64,000 nucleotides of DNA from an uncultured Gemmatimonadales bacterium. GTDB lineage: Bacteria; Gemmatimonadota; Gemmatimonadetes; Gemmatimonadales; GWC2-71-9. How positions within the stretch are numbered: the stretch's first letter is position 1; every line of letters starts with the position of its first letter. The stretch spans positions 96,001 to 160,000 of the forward strand of contig CAWJMT010000035.1 in NCBI GenBank assembly GCA_963844035.1, in the 5' to 3' direction. Below the pieces are notes generated by a model that worked only from the letters and a program-made list of their open reading frames with translations, searched no databases and was not told where the DNA came from. The position numbers were made by a program, and so were the translations under genes. Positions 54,143-64,000 of the stretch are shown piece by piece.

Positions 54143-55572
54143 ATCCACTGCATTTGCCGAGCATCCGCCTCGTTGTGATCTGCTCGATCGGCTTGCTTGG
54201 GTTGGGCGCCAACACTGCCCTCGCTCAGGACAGCGCCGCGGTCTCGCCGCCCAGGGCCGCACCGCCCAGCATCCTCGCGCCGCCGATTGAGCCGCCAGTC
54301 GCAGCCGCCCAACGCCGCCGCGCCGCCCAAGGCCGCCGCACCGCCCAGCGCGGTCGCGCCGGCCAACCCCGCCGCGATAGGCAACGCCGCCTGCGCCAGC
54401 CGGAGCAGCGCCGCGCCGCGCCGGCCAGCACCGCCGCGCCGGCGACGTCGACGCTCACGCCGGACCAGCTCGACGCGCTGGTCGCTCCGATCGCCCTGTA
54501 CCCCGACGACCTGCTGGCGCAGACCCTCGTGGCGTCCACCTACCCGCTCGAGATCGTCCAGCTGCAGCAGTGGCTCATCAAGAATCCGAAACTGAAAGAC
54601 AAGGCCCTGGTGGATTCGGTCGCCAAGCAGCCGTGGGACCCCGCCATCCAGTCGATGGCCGCGGTGCCCGAGGTGGTGAAGCGGCTCGCCGACGACATCC
54701 AGTGGTCCACCGATCTCGGGAACGCCTTCCTCGCCCAGCAAGCCGACGTCATGGATGCCTGCCAGCGGATGCGGAAAAAGGCCCAAGGCGAACGACGCCC
54801 TCAAGTCCAATGAGCAGCAGAAGGTCGAAACGAAGGTCGTCGAAAAAGACACCGTGATCATCGTGCAGCAGAAGAATCCGGAAGTCATCTACGTGCCGAC
54901 GTACAGTCCGACGGTTGTCTACGGCCCGCCGGTCTATCCGTATCCGCCGATCTACTATCCCCCGTATCCGCCGGGGGCCGCGTTGGTGACGTTCAGCGTC
55001 GGCGTCATGTGGGGTGCGGCCATGTGGGGTGGCTCCTGCTGCCACGCAGGGTGGGGCGGGGGAAATACCGTCGTCATCAACAACAACAACAATTTCAACC
55101 AGATCAATCACAACAACCGGGGCCAGGGCCAGGGGAACCGGGGCCAGGGCCAAGGGAACCGGGGCCAGGGCGGCAACAACTGGCAGCACAGCCCGGAGCA
55201 TCGTGGGGGGGCCCCCTACGGTGACAAGGGAACGGCCAACAAGTACGGCGGGTCGTCGCGGGGGTCCAGCAAGCCCGGGGCGTCCCAGCAGCCGGCACGC
55301 GGCGGGCAATCGGGGCGCGGCGGTGCCAGCCCGAGCACCCAGCCCTCGCGCGGCGGGGCGGGGGCGGGGAGCGGGGCGGGGCGGGGGCGAAACCGAGCAC
55401 CGCGAACCGAGGCGGCGGCGGCAGTGTCCCCAAGACGTCGAACGCCATGGGTGGCGGCTCCCGGGGGTACAGCGGCAGCGGCGCCCGCGCCAGCAGCTCG
55501 CGCGGCTCATACAGCAGGGGAGGCATGGGGGGCGGCGGCGGGCGCGGCGGCGGCGGTGGACGTCGCAGATGA
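54139..55572 (+). CDS. DUF3300-family protein with N/G/R-rich tail (indels)
   Basis: LDALVAPIALYPDDLLAQTLVASTYPLE, WDPAIQ, LGNAFLAQ, IYVPTYSP; tail ends GGRRR. Confidence 0.88.
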
Positions 55573-56580
55573 GCGCCTTCAACCGCTTTTCCATCGCAGT
55601 CGCGTTCGCGGCGCTGCTTGCGCCGGCGGTGGCGCGTGCCCAGGGCGCCGCGGCACCGCGGCCCCAAAGCCGGCCACGACCCCAAAGCCAGCCCGCGACC
55701 GCGAAGCAAGCCGCGGCTCCAAAGCCGCCCGCCGCCCCACCGCAATGGACGTTTCCCACCCCCGAGGCCGCGGCGTGGGCGCTCATTCGCGCTGCAGAAG
55801 AGTACGATGTCGAGACGCTGAAGCAGATCCTCGGGCCGCAGGGCATGGATCTCGTGGCCACCACGGATCAGGTGCAAGACCGGATACACGACTCCACCTT
55901 CGCCGCGCTCGCGCGACAGCAGGCTCGTATCGTTCGCGATCCGGCGAAGAAGCGCGCGACGCTGAACGTCGGTCCCGACGACTGGCCGATGCCGATCCCG
56001 ATCGTCGAGAAGAACGGCCAGTGGCGGTTTGACACGGTGGCCGGACGGGAGGAAGTACTGAACCGTCGCATCGGGGAGAACGAGCTCGACGCCATCGACG
56101 CGTGCCGTGGGTTCGTTGACGCCCAGGGGGAGTACGCCTCCGAAAAGCACGGCGGCGCGAGCGTGAATCAGTACGCGCAGCGCATCATCAGTACGCCGGG
56201 AAAGCAGGACGGGTTGGCGTGGAAAGACGCGGACGGCACCTGGCAAGGTCCGCTGGGCGAAGAGCTCGCCCAGGCCATCGCCGAGGGCTACACCGATAAG
56301 TCCCAACCGTACCACGGCTACTACTACAAAGTGCTGAAGGGGCAGGGCCCGGCCGCGCCGATGGGCCAGATGGATTTCGTCGTGCAGGGGTTGATGATCG
56401 GTGGCTTCGCGCTCGTCGCCGCGCCTGCGGACTACGCGGTCTCCGGTGTGAAGACGTTCATCGTGAGCCACCAAGGCGTCGTGTACGAGAAGGATCTTGG
56501 CCCCACCACGCTCGACCAGTTTCGCGCGATGGCAGCGCTACAATCCGGACGCGACGTGGAGGCCGGTGCAGGAGCCCTGA
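55569..56580 (+). CDS. DUF2950-family protein
   Basis: FPTPEAA, DWPMPIPIV, GREEVLNRRIGENE, PYHGYYYKVL, GVKTFIVSHQGVVYEKDLG. Confidence 0.9.
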
Positions 56581-56669
56581 GGGGCGCGCGAGCGGGTATC
56601 CCTGGCCATCTCCTGGGCACTTCGGGCGACCCGATTGAACACGATCGCCGACTCTCGAGGGAGGCTGTC

Positions 56670-59060
56670 GTGAATCGTGCCATGACCGCGTCACTCGCTT
56701 GACGGGGCGGTTGCCCTCATTCTCGGCACGGCCCTCAGCGGCGTGCGGTAAAGGGGCGCCGCTCCAGCAGTCCACCGAGTCAGGCGCGATCGACCGTACC
56801 GTCCTGCCGATTCACGAGCCGACGCCCGGTCTGATCACCGAGCTCGACGCGCGCAACGCGAAAGCCCGCCGCGTTTCGAGGTAACGGCGCCCAAGGGTGC
56901 GCCGAACGTGGTGATCGTGCTGATCGACGACATCGGCTTCGGCCACAGCAGCGCGTTCGGCGGGCCGATCCACATGCCCACGCTCGAGAAGCTCGCGGCA
57001 GTGGGTTGCGGTACAACCGCTTCCACACCACGGCGCTGTGCAGCCCGACGCGGGTGGCGCTCGCTGACCGGCCACAACCACCACGCGAACAATGCCGGCG
57101 CGATCATGGAGGTGGCGACGGCGTTCCCGGGCAACACCGGCGTGCGCCCGAGCACGATTACGCCGCTGGCCGAGATCCTCCGCCAGAACGGCTACAGCAC
57201 CGCGGCATTCGGGAAGTACCACGAGACGGCGCCCTGGGAAGTCTCCGTGTCCGGCCCGTTCGATCGCTGGCCGACCCGCTCCGGGTTCGACAAGTTCTAC
57301 GGCTTCATCGGCGGGGAGACCAACCAGTGGGCGCCGGCCATCTACGATGGCACGATGCGCATCGAGCCGCCGCACAGGCCAGGCTACCACTTCACCACGG
57401 ACATGACCGATCAGGCGATCAAGTGGGTGAGCGCGCAGCAGGCGCTCACGCCCGACAAGCCGTTCTACATGTACTTCGCCACCGGCGCCACGCACGCGCC
57501 GCACCACGTGCCCAAGGAGTGGATCGCGAAGTACAAGGGGCAGTTCGCGGGCGGCTGGGACAAGCTGCGGGAGGAGACCTTCGCGCGGCAGAAGAAGCTG
57601 GGCGTGATTCCCGCCGACACCAAGCTGACGCCGCGGCCCAAGGAAATTCCCGCCTGGGACGACATGAGCGCCGGCGCAGAAGCGGCTGTTCGAGCGCCAG
57701 ATGGAGACCTTCGCCGGCTTCGCCGAGCACACCGACCATGAAGTGGGCCGGCTGGTCGAGCAGCTGGAAGCGATCGGCGAGCTCGACAACACGGTCGTTC
57801 TTCTACATCGTGGGCGACAACGGCTCAAGCGCCGAAGGCGGACCGGAGGGCACCTACAACGAGATGATGGCGCTCAACGGCATCGTGGGCAAGGCCGACC
57901 AGATGATGGGCCACATCGACGACTGGGGCGGCCCCACCACGTTCCCGCACTTCGCCATCGGCTGGGCCTGGGCGGGCAACACGCCGTTCCAGTGGACCAA
58001 GCAGGTGGCCAGCCACTTCGGCGGCACGCGCAACGGCATGGTGCTGCACTGGCCGAACGGGATCAAGGCCAAGGGCGAGATCCGCTCGCAGTTCCACCAC
58101 GTGATCGACGTGGCGCCGACGGTGCTGGAGGCGGCGAAGCTGCCCGAACCCAAGATGGTGAACGGCATCGCGCAGCGGCCGATGGACGGCGTGTCGATGC
58201 TCTACACCGTCGACGATGCCAAGGCCAAGGACCGCCGCACGACGCAGTACTTCGAGATGTTCGGCAACCGCGGCATCTACCACGACGGCTGGGTCGCCTG
58301 CACGCGGCACTCGATCCCCTGGCTGATGGCGCAGAACCCGCCCATTGAAGCGACGACGTCTGGGAGCTGTACAACGTCGACCAGGACTTCAGCGAAGCGG
58401 ACAACCTGGCCGCCAGCACAGCCCGAGAAGCTGAAGGAGCTGCAGGCGCTGTTCATGAAGGAAGCGATCAGGAACCACGTGCTGCCGATCGACGACCGGC
58501 GCGCCGAGCGCTTCAACCCGGCCATCGCCGGCCGGCCGGACCTGATGGGCGGGCGCAAGTCGCTCACGGTGTACGACGGCATGACCGGCATGATGGAGAA
58601 CGCCTTCATCAACGTGAAGGGCGTGCACGCACACCATCACCGCCGAGGTCGAGGTGAAGGACGCGAACGCCGGCGGCGTGATCATCGCGCAGGCCGGGCT
58701 ACTTCGGCGGCTGGACCTTGTACATGAAGGACGGCAAGGTGCACCACGAGTACAACTGGTTCGCCATCGAGCGCACCAACATCGCCGCGCCCTCCGCCCT
58801 CGCGCCGGGAAAGCACACCGATCGTCTACGAGTTCATCCCCGACGAAGCCAAGCCGGGGACGGGCGGCAAGTCCGTCATCACCATCGATGGAAAGCAGGC
58901 CGTCGAGGGACATATCCCCAAGACCCAGCCCTTCATGTTCTCCGCGGATGAAGGCACGGACGTGGGCGAGGACGGCGAGACCAACGTGTCGCCGGACTAC
59001 AAGCCGGGGGACAACAAGTTCACCGGGCACATCGCCAGGGTGACGATCGAGGTGAAGTAG
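56670..59060 (+). CDS. Arylsulfatase (Cys-type), probable lipoprotein (many indels)
   Basis: PNVVIVLIDDIGFG, TTALCSPTR, FGKYH, HAPHH, GDNG; GGAGG RBS. Confidence 0.88.
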
Positions 59061-59077
59061 CAATCCTGGACGCGGGT

Positions 59078-59097
59078 GCATGCCCTAAGGTGCAATA
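59078..59097 (+). promoter_or_regulatory. 20-bp regulon box
   Basis: GCATGCCCTAAGGTGCAATA; AATCGT 22 nt downstream. Confidence 0.75.
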
Positions 59098-59187
59098 TCT
59101 CCTCGCCCGTGCGACGATTAATCGTTTACCCTGTGGACCCGATCGATCCGATCGAGGTCCCACGCTGACACTCGAAGGGAGGTTTCC

Positions 59188-59760
59188 GTGAATCGTGTCT
59201 TGCTTGCGATCCCGGCGCTGCTCGCGCTCGGATGCGCTGCAGCCCCGAACATCCAGACCAACCGCGACCCGCTGGTGCCGCTGCCGAAGGAGGCCACGTG
59301 GGCCTGGGGTAAGCGCGATACGGTCAGTCACTACGAGCTGGACGTGCAGGCCCAAAACCCGATCCTGCACCAGCGGGTGCAGACCGCGATCGAGCGCTCG
59401 CTTGCGAAGAAGGGTTTCAAGCAGGTGAGCAACCCCGACGACGCGGTGCTGGTCGTGACCTATCACATCGGCATGAAGCGCTCCACCCAATTGGAGACGA
59501 GCACCGTCGCCATGGGCGGCACCTACGGCGGGTGGTACGGCGGCTATGGCTGGGGTTACTACGGCGCCCCGACGTACGTCTCGAGCACCACCACCCCGGT
59601 GGACTACACGCAGGGCGGAGTGCTCGTGTACATCCGCGATCGGGCAAGCGGCAAGGTGGCGTGGTCGGGTCTCTACACGAAGGACGTGCACGACACGGAC
59701 CAGGTCACCGCCGAGACCGTGCAGCGCGGTGCGGACGAGCTGTTCCGGGATCTGAAGTAG
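59188..59760 (+). CDS. DUF4136-like lipoprotein
   Basis: GGAGG RBS; LALGC lipobox; LAKKGF; GWYGGYGWG; YTQGGVLVYIRD...VAWSG. Confidence 0.82.
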   Translation: MNRVLLAIPALLALGCAAAPNIQTNRDPLVPLPKEATWAWGKRDTVSHYELDVQAQNPILHQRVQTAIERSLAKKGFKQVSNPDDAVLVVTYHIGMKRSTQLETSTVAMGGTYGGWYGGYGWGYYGAPTYVSSTTTPVDYTQGGVLVYIRDRASGKVAWSGLYTKDVHDTDQVTAETVQRGADELFRDLK

Positions 59761-59809
59761 GGGAGTGAAGGGCGCGGCACGCGACGACCGGCAGCGCGCC
59801 CGCCCGAGC

Positions 59810-60589
59810 ATGAATTACTGGATCGCCGCCGGCCCGGTTGCGGCCGCCCTGTTGGTGGGCATGCTCGTCTGTCTGGAAGTCGGGCGCCGCCTGGGCATCC
59901 GCGACCGCAAGCGGAATCCGGCGGGGGCGGACTCGGGGCTCGGGACGGTGGAGGGGGCCGTCTTCGGTCTGTACGCCCTGTTGCTGGCGTTTACGTTCTC
60001 CGGCGCCACGTCGCGCTTCGACGCGCGGCGCCAGCTCATCGCGGTGGAAGCGAACGCGATCGGCACCGCCTACCTGCGTCTCGATCTCTTGCCGACCGAA
60101 GCCCAGCCCCCCCTGCGAGAACGGTTCCGCCACTACGTGGACACGCGCGTGGACCTGACGCGAGGGGACCGGGACATTGCGGGCGTCCAGGCGGTTCTCG
60201 CGTACACCGCCGAGCTGCAGTCCGACATCTGGGCCCGGGCCGTGGCGGCCACGCGGTTGCCGGGGGCGCATCCCGACGCGGGCAAGCTGCTGCTCCCGGC
60301 CCTGAACGACATGATCGACATCGTGACCACCCGCGTCATGGCCACGAGAAGCCATCCTCCGCTGGTCATCTTCGCACTCATGTTCGTTCTGGCGCTCCTG
60401 TGCGCCATGCTCGCGGGTTACGGCATGGCGCCGAGCGAGCACCGCCGCTGGGCGCACATCACCGGATTCGCAGTCATCACGGTGGTTTCCGTGTACCTCG
60501 TGCTGGAAATCGAGTACCCGCGCAGGGGCTTCATCCGGCTGGATGCGTACGACCAGGTGCTCGTGGAGTTGCGGCAGAGTATGAAGTGA
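59810..60589 (+). CDS. DUF4239-like membrane protein
   Basis: LLLAFTFSGA.SRFDARR...EANAIGTAYLR; IEYPRRGFIR. Confidence 0.8.
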   Translation: MNYWIAAGPVAAALLVGMLVCLEVGRRLGIRDRKRNPAGADSGLGTVEGAVFGLYALLLAFTFSGATSRFDARRQLIAVEANAIGTAYLRLDLLPTEAQPPLRERFRHYVDTRVDLTRGDRDIAGVQAVLAYTAELQSDIWARAVAATRLPGAHPDAGKLLLPALNDMIDIVTTRVMATRSHPPLVIFALMFVLALLCAMLAGYGMAPSEHRRWAHITGFAVITVVSVYLVLEIEYPRRGFIRLDAYDQVLVELRQSMK

Positions 60590-60610
60590 GGGTGTTCGGG
60601 CTTCGGGGCC

Positions 60611-62323
60611 TCAGCCGCTCAGGGTAATGACCAGCACGGTCCCCCACAGCGCCAGCAGAACATTCCCCACCGCGTAGCTCACGCCGTAGCCGAGGGTCGG
60701 GACCTTGCTCCCGGCCTTGTCCTGGACCGCGGCCAATCCCGCCGGCGAGGTACCGGCTCCGGCGCAGATGCCGAGGAGCACGCCGGGGTGGAGGTGGAGG
60801 AGGTACCGTCCGGTCAGGATCGTCACCACGTTCGGGATCAGGCAGACCAGGACGCCGGCGATGATGAGCGGAAAGCCGGAGGTGACCAGGCCCGTGACGA
60901 ATCCGGGGCCAGCGTTGATGCCGACGACCGCCAGGAAGCCCGCCAGCCCGATGGAATCGAACAGGCGGAGCACTGCCTCCGGGATCCGTGCCACCGCGGG
61001 GCGAACGGAGTGGAGCCAGCCGGCGAGGAGTCCGCCGAGGAGGACGCCGACGGGCATGCTGAGGCCGATGTCGAGCCCGGCCAGGTGGACGCTCGCCAGC
61101 CCCACCAGCCCGCCCAGCGCGATCGCCATCGCGAGGGCCAGGATGTCGCTCGTGGTGGCCGGGGAGAGCGTGTGGCCGACAAGCGCCGCCACCCTCGAGG
61201 CCTGTCCTGCCGGACCGGCGAGCGTGACCACGTCGCCACGCTCCACCACTGTGCCAGGCCCGACGGGAAGCGAGTGGCCTCCCCGGCGGATTTGCCGGAC
61301 GAACACGCCCCGGCCGCGGCCGTCCCGGAAGTCGGTTACCGCGAGATCCCCGAGCGTTCGCCCCACCAGCGACTTCGCGCGGATCACCACGTCGACCGTC
61401 GCGGCCGGGATGTTCAGCAACTCGGGGTCATCGATCTCTGTGCCGGCCAGGGGATTGGCGGGGTCGACATGCGTCGAGAGCCGGCCCGAGAGCGCTACGA
61501 CGTGGCCCGCGCGAACCACCGTCGAGGGAGCCGGGTCGACGATCCCTTCCGGCGTCCGGAGCCGCTCGGCGAAGACGCGGGCGGGTGCGAACGATTGCTC
61601 GACCTGGGCCACCGTCCACCCGTCGAGGCGGCCAGGCACGCCGTACGCGCGCACCACGACGCCCTGATATCCGGAGCTGACGCCGGCGTCGTCGTTCCCC
61701 ACCCCCAACTCCGCCTCGAGTTTCCTGCACTCGGCGGCGAGGTCCGCGCGCATCAGCCACGGGCCCACGTGGGTGAGCGTGAAGATCTCCGTCAGCAGCC
61801 CGACCAGGTAGGTGACCGCGAAGGCCACCGTGAGGCTGGTCGCGAGGACCTGCCTCGATGCGGGGGCCGCCGGCAGGCTGGCGATGGCGTCGCCGGCCGT
61901 GCCGATCGCCGCCGAGGCGTTCATCCCGCCGGCCAGGAGACCGGCGCCGGCGCCGGCGTCGAACCCGAAGACCTTCGACAGCGCCAGCGCACTCGCGAGT
62001 ACCGTTCCGCAGAGCAGGATGGCAAGCCCCACCTGGGGCAGGGCGCTCCGTCCCAGCCCACGGAAGAACTGCGGCCCGGTCTGGTACCCGATGGAGTAGA
62101 GGAAGAGGACGAAGAACACCCACTGGAGCGAGGCGGGCACCTCGATCCTCAACTGCCCGATGGCCACACCGGCGGCCAGCACGGCGAGGACCGGGTTGAG
62201 CTGGATCGGGCCCAGGCGTATGCGGGCCAGGCCGTACCCGAGGGCCAGCGTGAGGAAAACCGCAATCTCCGGGTGTGCACGGAGAGACTCGACCGGCCAG
62301 GGCATACTGTGACTCGTCTCCAT
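60611..62323 (-). CDS. aspT: Aspartate:alanine antiporter-like protein (AAEx family, two TrkA-C domains)
   Basis: PEIAVFLTLALGY, FLYSIGYQTGPQFF, VGINAGPGF, PTLGYGVSYAVGNVLL. Confidence 0.82.
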   Translation of the reverse strand: METSHSMPWPVESLRAHPEIAVFLTLALGYGLARIRLGPIQLNPVLAVLAAGVAIGQLRIEVPASLQWVFFVLFLYSIGYQTGPQFFRGLGRSALPQVGLAILLCGTVLASALALSKVFGFDAGAGAGLLAGGMNASAAIGTAGDAIASLPAAPASRQVLATSLTVAFAVTYLVGLLTEIFTLTHVGPWLMRADLAAECRKLEAELGVGNDDAGVSSGYQGVVVRAYGVPGRLDGWTVAQVEQSFAPARVFAERLRTPEGIVDPAPSTVVRAGHVVALSGRLSTHVDPANPLAGTEIDDPELLNIPAATVDVVIRAKSLVGRTLGDLAVTDFRDGRGRGVFVRQIRRGGHSLPVGPGTVVERGDVVTLAGPAGQASRVAALVGHTLSPATTSDILALAMAIALGGLVGLASVHLAGLDIGLSMPVGVLLGGLLAGWLHSVRPAVARIPEAVLRLFDSIGLAGFLAVVGINAGPGFVTGLVTSGFPLIIAGVLVCLIPNVVTILTGRYLLHLHPGVLLGICAGAGTSPAGLAAVQDKAGSKVPTLGYGVSYAVGNVLLALWGTVLVITLSG

Positions 62324-62421
62324 TTCTCGTCCGAATCCGGGCAGGCACCAGCCGATGCGAACTCACCAACTACATCCAGGAGGCACGGACGTCAAGGACG
62401 ACGTGCGAAGGAACGGGGGTT

Positions 62422-62441
62422 CGTTGGCACAAGGTGCAATG
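62422..62441 (+). promoter_or_regulatory. 20-bp regulon box
   Basis: CGTTGGCACAAGGTGCAATG; GAAGCT/AAGCTT 20-21 nt downstream. Confidence 0.78.
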
Positions 62442-62536
62442 GTTCCTCACCAGTGCGGGGTGAAGCTTGTCTGCATTGACCGGAGTGACCGCAGCACCTG
62501 GTAGGCCCTCCGAGTACCCCACAAACGGAGCACCCA

Positions 62537-64000
62537 ATGAAACTTGAAGCACGCACCATCCTGCGGATGGTCGCCGCGGCGTTGTTCCTCGGCGCTGGTC
62601 GCGCCCAGCGTCGCCGATGCGCAGGCGAAGACGAAGAAGAAACCGAACATCCTGATCATCTGGGGTGATGACATCGGCTACTGGAATGTCAGCGCCTACA
62701 ACCAGGGCATGATGGGCTACAAGACGCCCAACATCGACCGGATCGCCAAGGAAGGCGCGCTCTTCACCGACTGGTACGGCCAGCAGAGCTGCACCGCGGG
62801 CCGCGCGGCGTTCATCACGGGCCAGGTCGGGTTCCGCACCGGGCTGCTCAAGGTCGGCCTGCCGGGCGCGAAGGAAGGGATTCAAGCACGCGACGTCACG
62901 CTGGCCCAGCTGCTCAAGGCGCAGGGCTACATGACCGCGCAGTTCGGCAAGAACCATCTTGGCGACCGCGACGAGCACCTGCCCACCGCGCATGGCTTTG
63001 ACGAGTTCATGGGATCGCTGTACCACCTCAACGCCGAGGAGGAGCCGGAGAATCCGGACTACTTCAAGGATCCCGCGATGATCAAGAAGTACAACACGCG
63101 CGGCGTGATCCACACCTGGGCCAACCCGGACGGCTCGCAGAGAATCGAGAGCACGGGGCCGCTCACCGTGAAGCGCATGGAGACGATCGACGAGGAAATC
63201 ACCAAGGCCTCGCTGGACTATCTCGACCGCGCGAAGAAGGCGGACAAGCCGTTCTTTCTGTGGTGGAACTCCACCCGCATGCACATCTTCACGCACCTGA
63301 AGGCGGCGAGCGTCGGCAAGACCGGCCTCGGCATCTATCCCGACGGCATGGTCGAACACGATGCCATGGTCGGGCAGCTGCTCGACAAGCTCAAGGCGCT
63401 CGGCCTCGAAGACAACACCATCGTCATGTATTCCACCGACAACGGCGCGGAGGAGATGTCCTGGCCCGACGGCGGCACGACGCCGTTCCGCGGCGAGAAG
63501 GCCACGAACTGGGAGGGCGGCTACCGCGTGCCGTGCGCCATCCGCTGGCCCGGCGTCATCAAGCCCGGCACCGTCAGCAACGACATCTTCGCCCACGAAG
63601 ACATGATCCCGACGATCATGGCCGCCGCCGGCGTGCCCGATGTCAAGGAGCAGCTGCTCAAGGGCATGAAGGTCGGCGACAAGACCTTCAAGGTCCATCT
63701 CGACGGCTACAACATCACCGATGCGCTGGCCGGCAAAGGCCCCGACCCGCGCCACGAGTTCTTCTACTTCAATGACGACGGCTCGCTCGTCGGCGCTGCG
63801 CTACAACCAGTGGAAGATCGTCTTTGCCGAGCAACGAGCGGAAGGCTTCGATGTCTGGCAGGAGCCGTTCGTGCAGCTGCGCATCCCGAAGATATTCAAT
63901 TTGCGCTCCGATCCGTTTGAAAAGGCCGACCATGTTGGGTTTGGCTACAGCCAGTGGCGGGCCGACCGCATGTTCCTGCTCGTGCCGGCACAGCAGTACG
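62537..64000 (+). CDS. Arylsulfatase (Cys-type), secreted; runs off the window end (indels)
   Basis: KPNILIIWGDDIG, QSCTAGRAAFITG, FGKNHLGD, TDNG, RGEKATNWEGG. Confidence 0.92.

Noticed and set aside
27379..64000. Calling the accessory region a mobile element
   Set aside because: No integrase, transposase or boundary repeats are visible in the window.

Overview
GC-rich bacterial DNA. Gene content and style suggest Gemmatimonadota, which is an inference and not a database result. Many genes are split by apparent 1-nt indels, probably long-read errors. Bases 1-27.4 kb are mostly core genes: mglA-like GTPase (partial), pgsA, cinA, a lysophospholipase-like hydrolase, grpE, dnaJ, tRNA-Asn(GTT), a diguanylate cyclase, small membrane and lipoprotein genes, iscS-mnmA, bshB1, a TolC/MFP/two-permease exporter, a creatininase-family gene and a large sensor kinase. 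Bases 27.4-64 kb form an accessory-looking envelope and signalling region. It holds four related histidine kinases, one FixJ/NodW-type regulator, two stand-alone receivers, many outer-membrane barrels and lipoproteins, DUF3300/DUF2950, an AspT-like antiporter and two sulfatases. Three signals stand out. (1) An apparent ribosome-mediated attenuator directly upstream of tRNA-Asn: an Asn-rich 18-codon leader ORF, an antiterminator and a terminator. (2) A 20-bp imperfect palindrome (ATTG-N10-CAAT, right half GGTSCAAT), seen about 15 times and only in the accessory region, often 20-22 nt before a -10-like hexamer; it defines a candidate regulon. (3) A candidate hairpin sRNA with an anti-Shine-Dalgarno loop, lying behind a degenerate copy of that box.
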